Shown here: one piece after another, positions 1-13,300 of the stretch
How positions within the stretch are numbered: position 1 is the first letter of the stretch
Layout: every line of letters begins with the position of its first letter
Assembly: GCA_051294905.1 (NCBI GenBank)
Contig: CM119371.1
Location: forward strand, 18,912,001 to 18,976,000
Length of the DNA stretch: 64,000 bases
Source of the DNA: Botryllus schlosseri
Lineage: Eukaryota
Reading direction: 5' to 3'
Position numbers and translations under genes: made by a program
Notes under the pieces: model-generated
What the model saw: only the letters and a program-made list of their open reading frames with translations
Database searches by the model: none
What the model was told of the DNA's origin: nothing

Positions 1-109
1 ATTCGATTGCTGTGCACTATTCTCATATGAACTATCGCGCGAAATTTGTAATTGTAGTCGGCCTAACGCATTTTCATTATATCGCAAACGCCGTAGAGAA
101 ACGGACAAT

Positions 110-126
110 GTCACATAAAACGGCAG
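110..126 (+). promoter_or_regulatory. Conserved upstream element GTCACATAAAACGGCA with TATA-like CATAAAA at about -31 to -25 (representative copy)
   Basis: The motif is kept at about the same distance from the gene start in all spacer classes of all three domains (variant CACGTAAAA in domain 2). A TATA-like box near -30 is known for Pol III 5S genes. Function here is inferred. Confidence 0.7.
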
Positions 127-144
127 AAACTGTCACAATCTGTC

Positions 145-265
145 GCCTACGACCATACCACGTTGAATATACCCGATCTCGTCCGATCTCGGAAGTCAAG
201 TAACGTTGGGCCCGGTTAGTACTTGCATGGGTGACCGGCTGGGAATACCGTGTGTAGTAGGCGGC
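145..265 (+). rRNA. 5S rRNA gene (representative first copy)
   Basis: GCCTACGACCATACCACGTTGAA...GGTTAGTACTTGCATGGGTGACCGGCTGGGAATACCG...GTAGGC matches eukaryotic 5S rRNA. The 5' GCCTAC pairs with the 3' GTAGGC (257-262), and A box, intermediate element and C box fall at canonical 5S positions. T tracts follow. The exact 3' end (262 vs 265) is inferred. Confidence 0.97.
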
Positions 266-439
266 ATTTTCATTTTTTTCGCACAAACTCGATCAATTTG
301 ATCGCTGCGCTGTATTCACGTATGAAGTATCGCGCGAAATTTGTAATTGTAGTCGGCCTAACGCATTTTCATTATATCGCAATCGTCTTAGAGAAACGGA
401 CAATGTCACATAAAACGGCAGAAACTGTCACGATCTGTC

Positions 440-550
440 GCCTACGACCATACCACGTTGAATATACCCGATCTCGGAAGTCAAGTAACGTTGGGCCCGG
501 TTAGTACTTGCATGGGTGACCGGCTGGGAATACCGGGTGTAGTAGGCGGC
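440..550 (+). pseudogene. 5S copy with 10-bp internal deletion (same lesion at 725, 3533, 8516, 8801, 11609)
   Basis: Reads ACCCGATCTCGGAAG instead of ACCCGATCTCGTCCGATCTCGGAAG. One of the two CCGATCTCG direct repeats is lost, which destroys helix III/loop C. Confidence 0.85.
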
Positions 551-1309
551 TTTTTCATTTTTTTCGCACAAACTCGATCAATTTGATCGCTGCGCTGTAT
601 TCACGTATGAAGTATCGCGCGAAATTTGTAATTGTAGTCGGCCTAACGCATTTTCATTATATCGCAATCGTCTTAAAGAAACGGACAATGTCACATAAAA
701 CGGCAGAAACTGACAGGATCTGTCGCCTACGACCATACTACGTTGAATATACCCGATCTCGGAAGTCAAGTAACGTTGGGCCCGGTTGGTACTTGCATGG
801 GTGACCGGCTGGGAATACCGGGTGTAGTAGGCGGCTTTTTCATTTTTTTCGCACAAACTCGATCAATTTGATCACTGCGCTGTATTCACGTATGAAGTAT
901 CGCGCGAAATTTGTAATTGTAGTCGGCCTAACACATTTTCATGATATCGCAATCTCGTGCTGTTTTGACATGACGAAAATTCCAATAAAATAACTACTCT
1001 GACAGCGAGAGCTTACTTGTCTGTTTTTCGACCAGACACAAGAACAGAGCAGGACGCCAATGATATTCGACCTCTAATTGGTCAGAAAGTGCCTCGGCGC
1101 AATAAGACTATCTACTATTCTGGCGTCTCGTCGACAGCATGGCGACGGAAATTGTCACATAAAACGGCACAAATCGTAACCACTGTCGCCTACGACCATA
1201 CCACGTTGAATACACCCGATCTCGTCCGATCTCGGAAGTCAAGCAATGTTGGGCCCGGTTAGTACTTGCATGGGTGACCGGCTGGGAATACAGGGTGTAG
1301 GTAGGCGGC

Positions 1310-1322
1310 TTTTGCATTTTTT
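1310..1322 (+). terminator. RNA polymerase III terminator TTTT-GCA-TTTTTT (representative; double T tract after each gene)
   Basis: A T4-5 tract directly after the gene 3' end is followed by a second T tract. This is seen in essentially all units, and as AAAAAATGCAAAA on the + strand in the minus array. Confidence 0.85.
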
Positions 1323-4300
1323 GTGCGCAAACTCGATCGTTTTGATTGCAACTGTTTTGTATGCGCACGTAGGCCTACGTACAACTATGATTGTCATCAT
1401 TTGCTGGCCGCCGCTTATTTCAATTGGTAGTTATACTAGGCCTGACACATTGTCATTATATCGAAATCTCGTGCTGTTTTCACATGACGAAAAGTGCAAT
1501 AAAATAACGACTCTGACAGCGAGAGCTTACTTGTGTGTTTGTCGACAAGATACAAGAACAGAGCAGGATGCCAACGATATTCGACCACTGGCAGATGGGT
1601 CGAAAATGCCCCGCCGCAATCAGACAATGTGCTTTTCTGGCGTCTCGTCGACAGCATGGCGACGGAAATTGTCACATAAAACGGCACAGATCGTAACCGC
1701 TGTCGCCTACGACCATACCACGTTGAATACACCCGATCTCGTCCGATCTCGGAAGTCAAGCAATGTTGGGCCCGGTTAGTACTTGCATGGGTGACCGGCT
1801 GGGAATACCGGGTGTAGGTAGGCGGCTTTTGCACTTTTGTCGCACAAACTCGATCAATTCGATTGCTGTGCACTATTCTCATATGAACTATCCCGCGGAA
1901 TTTGTAATTGTAGTCGGCCTAACGCATTTTAATTATATCGCAATCGCCTTATGCTTAGAGAAACGAACAATGTCACATAAAACGGCAGAAACTGTCACAA
2001 TCTGTCGCCTACGACCATACCACGTTGAATATACCCGATCTCGTCCGATCTCGGAAGTCAAGCAACGTTGGGCCCGGTTAGTACTTGCATGGGTGACCGG
2101 CTGGGAATACCGGGTGTAGGTAGGCGGCTTTTGGACTTTTTTCGCACAAACTCGATCAATTTGATTGCACGTACATCTATGAATGTCATCATTTGCTGGC
2201 CGCCGCTTCTTTCAGCTATGAACTCGCGCTCAATTTGTAGTTGTACGGGGCCGTTTTCAATATATCGCCATCTCGTGCCGTTTTGGCATGACGAGAATTG
2301 CAATATAATAAACTCTGACACGGAGAGCTTAAGTTTTATGTGTGTTTTTCGACCAGTTCGTCCGAAAGTGCCTCAGAGCAATCAGACAATCTGCTTTTCA
2401 GGCGTCTCGTTGACAGCGTGGCGACGGAAATTGTCACATAAAACGGCACAGATCGTAACCGCTGTCGCCTACGACCATACCACATTGAATACACCCGATC
2501 TCGTCCGATCTCAGAAGTCAAGCAACGTTGGGCCCGGTTAGTACTTGCATGGGTGACCGGCAGGGAATACCGGGTGTAGTATTAGGCTGCTTTTGCATTT
2601 TTGTCGTACAAACTCGATCAATTCGATTGCTGTGCACTATTCTCATATGAAATATCGCGCGAAATTTGTAATTGTAGTCGGCCTAACGCATTTTCATTAT
2701 ATCGCAAACGCCGTAGAGAAACGGACAATGTCACATAAAACGGCAGAAACTGTCACAATCTGTCGCCTACGACCATACCACGTTAAATATACCCGATCTC
2801 GTCCGATCTCGGAAGTCAAGCAACGTTGGGCCCGGTTAGTACTTGCATGGGTGACCGGCTGGAAATACCGGGTGTAGTAGGCGGCTTTTTCATTTTTTTC
2901 GCACAAACTCGATCAATTTGATCGCTGCGCTGTATTCACGTATGAAGTATCGCGCGAAATTTGTAATTGTAGTCGGCCTAACACATTTTCATGATATCGC
3001 AATCTCGTGCTGTTTTGACATGACGAAAATTTCAATAAAATAACTACTCTGACAGCGAGAGCTTACTTGTCTGTTTTTCGACCAGACACAAGAACAGAGC
3101 AGGACGCCAATGATATTCGACCTCTAATTGGTCAGAAAGTGCCTCGACGCAATAAGACTATTTACTATTCTGGCGTTTCGTCGACAGCATGGCGACGGAA
3201 ATTGTCACATAAAACGGCACAAATCGTAACCACTGTCGCCTACGACCATACCACGTTGAATACACCCGATCTCGTCCGATCTCGGAAGTCAAGCAATGTT
3301 GGGCCCGGTTAGTACTTGCATGGGTGACCGGCTGGAAATACCGGGTGTAGTAGGCGGATTTTTCATTTTTTTCGCACAAACTCGATCAATTTGATCGCTG
3401 CGCTGTATTCACGTATGAAGTATCGCGCGAAATTTGTAATTGTAGTCGGCCTAACGCATTTTCATTATATCGCAATCGTCTTAAAGAAACGGACAATGTC
3501 ACATAAAACGGCAGAAACTGACAGGATCTGTCGCCTACGACCATACTACGTTGAATATACCCGATCTCGGAAGTCAAGTAACGTTGGGCCCGGTTAGTAC
3601 TTGCATGGGTGACCGGCTGGGAATACCGGGTGTAGTATTAGGCTGCTTTTGCATTTTTGTCGTACAAACTCGATCAATTCGATTGCTGTGCACTATTCTC
3701 ATATGAACTATCGCGCGAAATTTGTAATTGTAGTCGGCCTAACGCATTTTCATTATATCGCAAACGCCGTAGAGAAACGGACAATGTCACATAAAACGGC
3801 AGAAACTGTCACAATCTGTCGCCTACGACCATACCACGTTGAATATACCCGATCTCGTCCGATCTCGGAAGTCAAGCAACGTTGGGCCCGGTTAGTACTT
3901 GCATGGGTGACCGGCTGGAAATACCGGGTGTAGTAGGCGGCTTTTTCATTTTTTTCGCACAAACTCGATCAATTTGATCGCTGCGCTGTATTCACGTATG
4001 AAGTATCGCGCGAAATTTGTAATTGTAGTCGGCCTAACACATTTTCATGATATCGCAATCTCGTGCTGTTTTGACATGACGAAAATTCCAATAAAATAAC
4101 TACTCTGACAGCGAGAGCTTACTTGTCTGTTTTTCGACCAGACACAAGAACAGAGCAGGACGCCAATGATATTCGACCTCTAATTGGTCAGAAAGTGCCT
4201 CGGCGCAATAAGACTATCTACTATTCTGGCGTCTCGTCGACAGCATGGCGACGGAAATTGTCACATAAAACGGCACAAATCGTAACCACTGTCGCCTACG

Positions 4301-7300
4301 ACCATACCACGTTGAATACACCCGATCTCGTCCGATCTCGGAAGTCAAGCAATGTTGGGCCCGGTTAGTACTTGCATGGGTGACCGGCTGGGAATACCGG
4401 GTGTAGGTAGGCGGATTTTGCATTTTTTGTGCGCAAACTCGATCGTTTTGATTGCAACTGTTTTGTATGCGCACGTAGGCCTACGTACAACTATGATTGT
4501 CATCATTTGCTGGCCGCCGCTTATTTCAATTGGTAGTTATACTAGGCCTGACACATTGTCATTATATCGAAATCTCGTGCTGTTTTCACATGACGAAAAG
4601 TGCAATAAAATAACTACTCTGACAGCGAGAGCTTACTTGTGTGTTTGTCGACAAGATACAAGAACAGAGCAGGATGCCAACTATATTCGACCACTGGCAG
4701 ATGGGTCGAAAATGCCCCGGCGCAATCAGACAATGTGCTTTTCTGGCGTCTCGTCGACAGCATGGCGACGGAAATTGTCACATAAAACGGCACAGATCGT
4801 AACCGCTGTCGCCTATGACCATACCACGTTGAATACACCCGATCTCGTCCGATCTCGGAAGTCAAGCAATGTTGGGCCCGGTTAGTACTTGCATGGGTGA
4901 CCGGCTGGGAATAGCGGGTGTAGGTAGGCGGCTTTTGCACTTTTGTCGCACAAACTCGATCAATTCGATTGCTGTGCACTATTCTCATATGAACTATCCC
5001 GCGCAATTTGTAATTGTAGTCGGCCTAACGCATTTTAATTATATCGCAATCGCCTTATGCTTAGAGAAACGGACAATGTCACATAAAACGGCAGAAACTG
5101 TTACAATCTGTCGCCTACGACCATACCACGTTGAATATACCCGATCTCGTCCGATCTCGGAAGTCAAGCAACGTTGGGCCCGGTTAGTACTTGCATGGGT
5201 GACCGGCTGGGAATACCGGGTGTAGTATTAGGCTGCTTTTGCATTTTTGTCGTACAAACTCGATCAATTCGATTGCTGTGCACTATTCTCATATGAACTA
5301 TCGCGCAAAATTTGTAATTGTAGTCGGCCTAACGCATTTTCATTATATCGCAAACGCCGTAGAGAAACGGACAATGTCACATAAAACGGCAGAAACTGTC
5401 ACAATCTGTCGCCTACGACCATACCACGTTGAATATACCCGATCTCGTCCGATCTCGGAAGTCAAGCAACGTTGGGCCCGGTTAGTACTTGCATGGGTGA
5501 CCGGCTGGAAATACCGGGTGTAGTAGGCGGCTTTTTCATTTTTTTCGCACAAACTCGATCAATTTGATCGCTGCGCTGTATTCACGTATAAAGTATCGCG
5601 CGAAATTTGTAATTGTAGTCGGCCTAACACATTTTCATGATATCGCAATCTCGTGCTGTTTTGACATGACGAAAATTCCAATAAAATAACTACTCTGACA
5701 GCGAGAGCGTACTTGTCTGTTTTTCGACCAGACACAAGAACAGAGCAGGACGCCAATGATATTCGACCTCTAATTGGTCAGAAAGTGCCTCGGCGCAATA
5801 AGACTATCTACTATTCTGGCGTCTCGTCGACAGCATGGCGACGGAAATTGTCACATAAAACGGCACAAATCGTAACCACTGTCGCCTACGACCATACCAC
5901 GTTGAATACACCCGATCTCGTCCGATCTCGGAAGTCAAGCAATGTTGGGCCCGGTTAGTACTTGCATGGGTGACCGGCTGGGAATACCGGGTGTAGGTAG
6001 GCGGCTTTTGCATTTTTTGTGCGCAAACTCGATCGTTTTGATTGCAACTGTTTTGTATGCGCACGTAGGCCTACGTACAACTATGATTGTCATCATTTGC
6101 TGGCCGCCGCTTATTTCAATTGGTAGTTATACTAGGCCTGACACATTGTCATTATATCGAAATCTCGTGCTGTTTTCACATGACGAAAAGTGCAATAAAA
6201 TAACTACTCTGACAGCGAGAGCTTACTTGTGTGTTTGTCGACAAGATACAAGAACAGAGCAGGATGCCAACGATATTCGACCACTGGCAGATGGGTCGAA
6301 AATGCCCCGGCGCAATCAGACAATGTGCTTTTCTGGCGTCTCGTCGACAGCATGGCGACGGAAATTGTCACATAAAACGGCACAGATCGTAACCGCTGTC
6401 GCCTACGACCATACCACGTTGAATACACCCGATCTCGTCCGATCTCGGAAGTCAAGCAATGTTGGGCCCGGTTAGTACTTGCATGGGTGACCGGCTGGGA
6501 ATACCGGGTGTAGGTAGGCGGCTTTTGCACTGTTGTCGCACAAACTCGATCAATTCGATTGCTGTGCACTATTCTCATATGAACTATCCCGCGGAATTTG
6601 TAATTGTAGTCGGCCTAACGCATTTTAATTTTATCGCAATCGCCTTATGCTTAGAGAAACGGACAATGTCACATAAAACGGCAGAAACTGTCACAATCTG
6701 TCGCCTACGACCATACCACGTTGAATATACCCGATCTCGTCCGATCTCGGAAGTCAAGCAACGTTGGGCCCGGTTAGTACTTGCATGGGTGACCGGCTGG
6801 GAATACCGGGTGTAGGTAGGCGGCTTTTGGACTTTTTTCGCACAAACTCGATCAATTTGATTGCACGTACATCTATGAATGTCATCATTTGCTGGCCGCC
6901 GCTTCTTTCAGCTATGAACTCGCGCTCAATTTGTAGTTGTACGGGGCCGTTTTCAATATATCGCCATCTCGTGCCGTTTTGGCATGACGAGAATTGCAAT
7001 AAAATAAACTCTGACACGGAGAGCTTAAGTTTTATGTGTGTTTTTCGACCAGTTCGTCCGAAAGTGCCTCAGAGCAATCAGACAATCTGCTTTTCAGGCG
7101 TCTCGTTGACAGCGTGGCGACGGAAATTGTCACATAAAACGGCACAGATCGTAACCGCTGTCGCCTACGACCATATACCACGTTGAATACACCCGATCTC
7201 GTCCGATCTCGGAATTCAAGCAACGTTGGGCCCGGTTAGTACTTGCATGGGTGACCGGCAGGGAATACCGGGTGTAGTATTAGGCTGCTTTTGCATTTTT

Positions 7301-10300
7301 GTCGTACAAACTCGATCAATTCGATTGCTGTGCACTATTCTCATATGAACTATCGCGCGAAATTTGTAATTGTAGTCGGCCTAACGCATTTTCATTATAT
7401 CGCAAACGCCGTAGAGAAACGGACAATGTCACATAAAACGGCAGAAACTGTCACAATCTGTCGCCTACGACCATACCACGTTGAATATACCCGATCTCGT
7501 CCGATCTCGGAAGTCAAGCAACGTTGGGCCCGGTTAGTACTTGCATGGGTGACCGGCTGGGAATACCGGGTGTAGGTAGGCGGCTTTTGGACTTTTTTCG
7601 CACAAACTCGATCAATTTGATTGCACGTACATCTATGAATGTCATCATTTGCTGGCCGCCGCTTCTTTCAGCTATGAACTCGCGCTCAATTTGTAGTTGT
7701 ACGGGGCCGTTTTCAATATATCGCCATCTCGTGCCGTTTTGGCATGACGAGAATTGCAATAAAATAAACTCTGACACGGAGAGCTTAAGTTTTATGTGTG
7801 TTTTTCGACCAGTTCGTCCGAAAGTGCCTCAGAGCAATCAGACAATCTGCTTTTCAGGCGTCTCGTTGACAGCGTGGCGACGGAAATTGTCACATAAAAC
7901 GGCACAGATCGTAACCGCTGTCGCCTACGACCATACCACGTTGAATACACCCTATCTCGTCCGATCTCGGAAGTCAAGCAACGTTGGGCCCGGTTAGTAC
8001 TTGCATGGGTGACCGGCAGGGAATACCGGGTGTAGTATTAGGCTGCTTTTGCATTTTTGTCGTACAAACTCGATCAATTCGATTGCTGTGCACTATTCTC
8101 ATATGAACTATCGCGCGAAATTTGTAATTGTAGTCGGCCTAACGCATTTTCATTATATCGCAAACGCCGTAGAGAAACGGACAATGTCACATAAAACGGC
8201 AGAAACTGTCACAATCTGTCGCCTACGACCATACCACGTTGAATATACCCGATCTCGTCCGATCTCGGAAGTCAAGTAACGTTGGGCCCGGTTAGTACTT
8301 GCATGGGTGACCGGCTGGGAATACCGTGTGTAGTAGGCGGCATTTTCATTTTTTTCGCACAAACTCGATCAATTTGATCGCTGCGCTGTATTCACGTATG
8401 AAGTATCGCGCGAAATTTGTAATTGTAGTCGGCCTAACGCATTTTCATTATATCGCAATCGTCTTAGAGAAACGGACAATGTCACATAAAACGGCAGAAA
8501 CTGTCACGATCTGTCGCCTACGACCATACCACGTTGAATATACCCGATCTCGGAAGTCAAGTAACGTTGGGCCCGGTTAGTACTTGCATGGGTGACCGGC
8601 TGGGAATACCGGGTGTAGTAGGCGGCTTTTTCATTTTTTTCGCACAAACTCGATCAATTTGATCGCTGCGCTGTATTCACGTATGAAGTATCGCGCGAAA
8701 TTTGTAATTGTAGTCGGCCTAACGCATTTTCATTATATCGCAATCGTCTTAAAGAAACGGACAATGTCACATAAAACGGCAGAAACTGACAGGATCTGTC
8801 GCCTACGACCATACTACGTTGAATATACCCGATCTCGGAAGTCAAGTAACGTTGGGCCCGGTTAGTACTTGCATGGGTGACCGGCTGGGAATACCGGGTG
8901 TAGTTGGCGGCATTTTCATTTTTTTCGCACAAACTCGATCAATTTGATCACTGCGCTGTATTCACGTATGAAGTATCGCGCGAAATTTGTAATTGTAGTC
9001 GGCCTAACACATTTTCATGATATCGCAATCTCGTGCTGTTTTGACATGACGAAAATTCCAATAAAATAACTACTCTGACAGCGAGAGCTTACTTGTCTGT
9101 TTTTCGACCAGACACAAGAACAGAGCAGGACGCCAATGATGTTCGACCTCTAATTGGTCAGAAAGTGCCTCGGCGCAATAAGACTATCTACTATTCTGGC
9201 GTCTCGTCGACAGCATGGCGACGGAAATTGTCACATAAAACGGCACAAATCGTAACCACTGTCGCCTACGACCATACCACGTTGAATACACCCGATCTCG
9301 TCCGATCTCGGAAGTCAAGCAATGTTGGGCCCGGTTAGTACTTGCATGGGTGACCGGCTGGGAATACAGGGTGTAGGTAGGCGGCTTTTGCATTTTTTGT
9401 GCGCAAACTCGATCGTTTTGATTGCAACTGTTTTGTATGCGCACGTAGGCCTACGTACAACTATGATTGTCATCATTTGCTGGCCGCCGCTTATTTCAAT
9501 TGGTAGTTATACTAGGCCTGACACATTGTCATTATATCGAAATCTCGTGCTGTTTTCACATGACGAAAAGTGCAATAAAATAACGACTCTGACAGCGAGA
9601 GCTTACTTGTGTGTTTGTCGACAAGATACAAGAACAGAGCAGGATGCCAACGATATTCGACCACTGGCAGATGGGTCGAAAATGCCCCGCCGCAATCAGA
9701 CAATGTGCTTTTCTGGCGTCTCGTCGACAGCATGGCGACGGAAATTGTCACATAAAACGGCACAGATCGTAACCGCTGTCGCCTACGACCATACCACGTT
9801 GAATACACCCGATCTCGTCCGATCTCGGAAGTCAAGCAATGTTGGGCCCGGTTAGTACTTGCATGGGTGACCGGCTGGGAATACCGGGTGTAGGTAGGCG
9901 GCTTTTGCACTTTTGTCGCACAAACTCGATCAATTCGATTGCTGTGCACTATTCTCATATGAACTATCCCGCGGAATTTGTAATTGTAGTCGGCCTAACG
10001 CATTTTAATTATATCGCAATCGCCTTATGCTTAGAGAAACGAACAATGTCACATAAAACGGCAGAAACTGTCACAATCTGTCGCCTACGACCATACCACG
10101 TTGAATATACCCGATCTCGTCCGATCTCGGAAGTCAAGCAACGTTGGGCCCGGTTAGTACTTGCATGGGTGACCGACTGGGAATACCGGGTGTAGGTAGG
10201 CGGCTTTTGGACTTTTTTCGCACAAACTCGATCAATTTGATTGCACGTACATCTATGAATGTCATCATTTGCTGGCCGCCGCTTCTTACAGCTATGAACT

Positions 10301-13300
10301 CGCGCTCAATTTGTAGTTGTACGGGGCCGTTTTCAATATATCGCCATCTCGTGCCGTTTTGGCATGACGAGAATTGCAATATAATAAACTCTGACACGGA
10401 GAGCTTAAGTTTTATGTGTGTTTTTCGACCAGTTCGTCCGAAAGTGCCTCAGAGCAATCAGACAATCTGCTTTTCAGGCGTCTCGTTGACAGCGTGGCGA
10501 CGGAAATTGTCACATAAAACGGCACAGATCGTAACCGCTGTCGCCTACGACCATACCACGTTGAATACACCCGATCTCGTCCGATCTCAGAAGTCAAGCA
10601 ACGTTGGGCCCGGTTAGTACTTGCATGGGTGACCGGCAGGGAATACCGGGTGTAGTATTAGGCTGCTTTTGCATTTTTGTCGTACAAACTCGATCAATTC
10701 GATTGCTGTGCACTATTCTCATATGAAATATCGCGCGAAATTTGTAATTGTAGTCGGCCTAACGCATTTTCATTATATCGCAAACGCCGTAGAGAAACGG
10801 ACAATGTCACATAAAACGGCAGAAACTGTCACAATCTGTCGCCTACGACCATACCACGTTAAATATACCCGATCTCGTCCGATCTCGGAAGTCAAGCAAC
10901 GTTGGGCCCGGTTAGTACTTGCATGGGTGACCGGCTGGAAATACCGGGTGTAGTAGGCGGCTTTTTCATTTTTTTCGCACAAACTCGATCAATTTGATCG
11001 CTGCGCTGTATTCACGTATGAAGTATCGCGCGAAATTTGTAATTGTAGTCGGCCTAACACATTTTCATGATATCGCAATCTCGTGCTGTTTTGACATGAC
11101 GAAAATTTCAATAAAATAACTACTCTGACAGCGAGAGCTTACTTGTCTGTTTTTCGACCAGACACAAGAACAGAGCAGGACGCCAATGATATTCGACCTC
11201 TAATTGGTCAGAAAGTGCCTCGACGCAATAAGACTATTTACTATTCTGGCGTTTCGTCGACAGCATGGCGACGGAAATTGTCACATAAAACGGCACAAAT
11301 CGTAACCACTGTCGCCTACGACCATACCACGTTGAATACACCCGATCTCGTCCGATCTCGGAAGTCAAGCAATGTTGGGCCCGGTTAGTACTTGCATGGG
11401 TGACCGGCTGGAAATACCGGGTGTAGTAGGCGGATTTTTCATTTTTTTCGCACAAACTCGATCAATTTGATCGCTGCGCTGTATTCACGTATGAAGTATC
11501 GCGCGAAATTTGTAATTGTAGTCGGCCTAACGCATTTTCATTATATCGCAATCGTCTTAAAGAAACGGACAATGTCACATAAAACGGCAGAAACTGACAG
11601 GATCTGTCGCCTACGACCATACTACGTTGAATATACCCGATCTCGGAAGTCAAGTAACGTTGGGCCCGGTTAGTACTTGCATGGGTGACCGGCTGGGAAT
11701 ACCGGGTGTAGTATTAGGCTGCTTTTGCATTTTTGTCGTACAAACTCGATCAATTCGATTGCTGTGCACTATTCTCATATGAACTATCGCGCGAAATTTG
11801 TAATTGTAGTCGGCCTAACGCATTTTCATTATATCGCAAACGCCGTAGAGAAACGGACAATGTCACATAAAACGGCAGAAACTGTCACAATCTGTCGCCT
11901 ACGACCATACCACGTTGAATATACCCGATCTCGTCCGATCTCGGAAGTCAAGCAACGTTGGGCCCGGTTAGTACTTGCATGGGTGACCGGCTGGAAATAC
12001 CGGGTGTAGTAGGCGGCTTTTTCATTTTTTTCGCACAAACTCGATCAATTTGATCGCTGCGCTGTATTCACGTATGAAGTATCGCGCGAAATTTGTAATT
12101 GTAGTCGGCCTAACACATTTTCATGATATCGCAATCTCGTGCTGTTTTGACATGACGAAAATTCCAATAAAATAACTACTCTGACAGCGAGAGCTTACTT
12201 GTCTGTTTTTCGACCAGACACAAGAACAGAGCAGGACGCCAATGATATTCGACCTCTAATTGGTCAGAAAGTGCCTCGGCGCAATAAGACTATCTACTAT
12301 TCTGGCGTCTCGTCGACAGCATGGCGACGGAAATTGTCACATAAAACGGCACAAATCGTAACCACTGTCGCCTACGACCATACCACGTTGAATACACCCG
12401 ATCTCGTCCGATCTCGGAAGTCAAGCAATGTTGGGCCCGGTTAGTACTTGCATGGGTGACCGGCTGGGAATACCGGGTGTAGGTAGGCGGCTTTTGCATT
12501 TTTTGTGCGCAAACTCGATCGTTTTGATTGCAACTGTTTTGTATGCGCACGTAGGCCTACGTACAACTATGATTGTCATCATTTGCTGGCCGCCGCTTAT
12601 TTCAATTGGTAGTTATACTAGGCCTGACACATTGTCATTATATCGAAATCTCGTGCTGTTTTCACATGACGAAAAGTGCAATAAAATAACTACTCTGACA
12701 GCGAGAGCTTACTTGTGTGTTTGTCGACAAGATACAAGAACAGAGCAGGATGCCAACTATATTCGACCACTGGCAGATGGGTCGAAAATGCCCCGGCGCA
12801 ATCAGACAATGTGCTTTTCTGGCGTCTCGTCGACAGCATGGCGACGGAAATTGTCACATAAAACGGCACAGATCGTAACCGCTGTCGCCTATGACCATAC
12901 CACGTTGAATACACCCGATCTCGTCCGATCTCGGAAGTCAAGCAATGTTGGGCCCGGTTAGTACTTGCATGGGTGACCGGCTGGGAATAGCGGGTGTAGG
13001 TAGGCGGCTTTTGCACTTTTGTCGCACAAACTCGATCAATTCGATTGCTGTGCACTATTCTCATATGAACTATCCCGCGCAATTTGTAATTGTAGTCGGC
13101 CTAACGCATTTTAATTATATCGCAATCGCCTTATGCTTAGAGAAACGGACAATGTCACATAAAACGGCAGAAACTGTTACAATCTGTCGCCTACGACCAT
13201 ACCACGTTGAATATACCCGATCTCGTCCGATCTCGGAAGTCAAGCAACGTTGGGCCCGGTTAGTACTTGCATGGGTGACCGGCTGGGAATACCGGGTGTA

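Noticed and set aside
142..265. Extended helix I (GTC-GCCTAC pairing with GTAGGC-GGC) as a novel longer 5S
   Set aside because: Not maintained in domain 3 (GTAGGCCGCC) or in several other classes, and the transcript ends are unknown.
1323..1700. Spliced-leader or U snRNA gene linked in the 5S spacer, as in several invertebrates
   Set aside because: I could not recognise an SL exon/donor plus Sm site or any snRNA sequence. An Rfam scan would be needed to exclude it fully.
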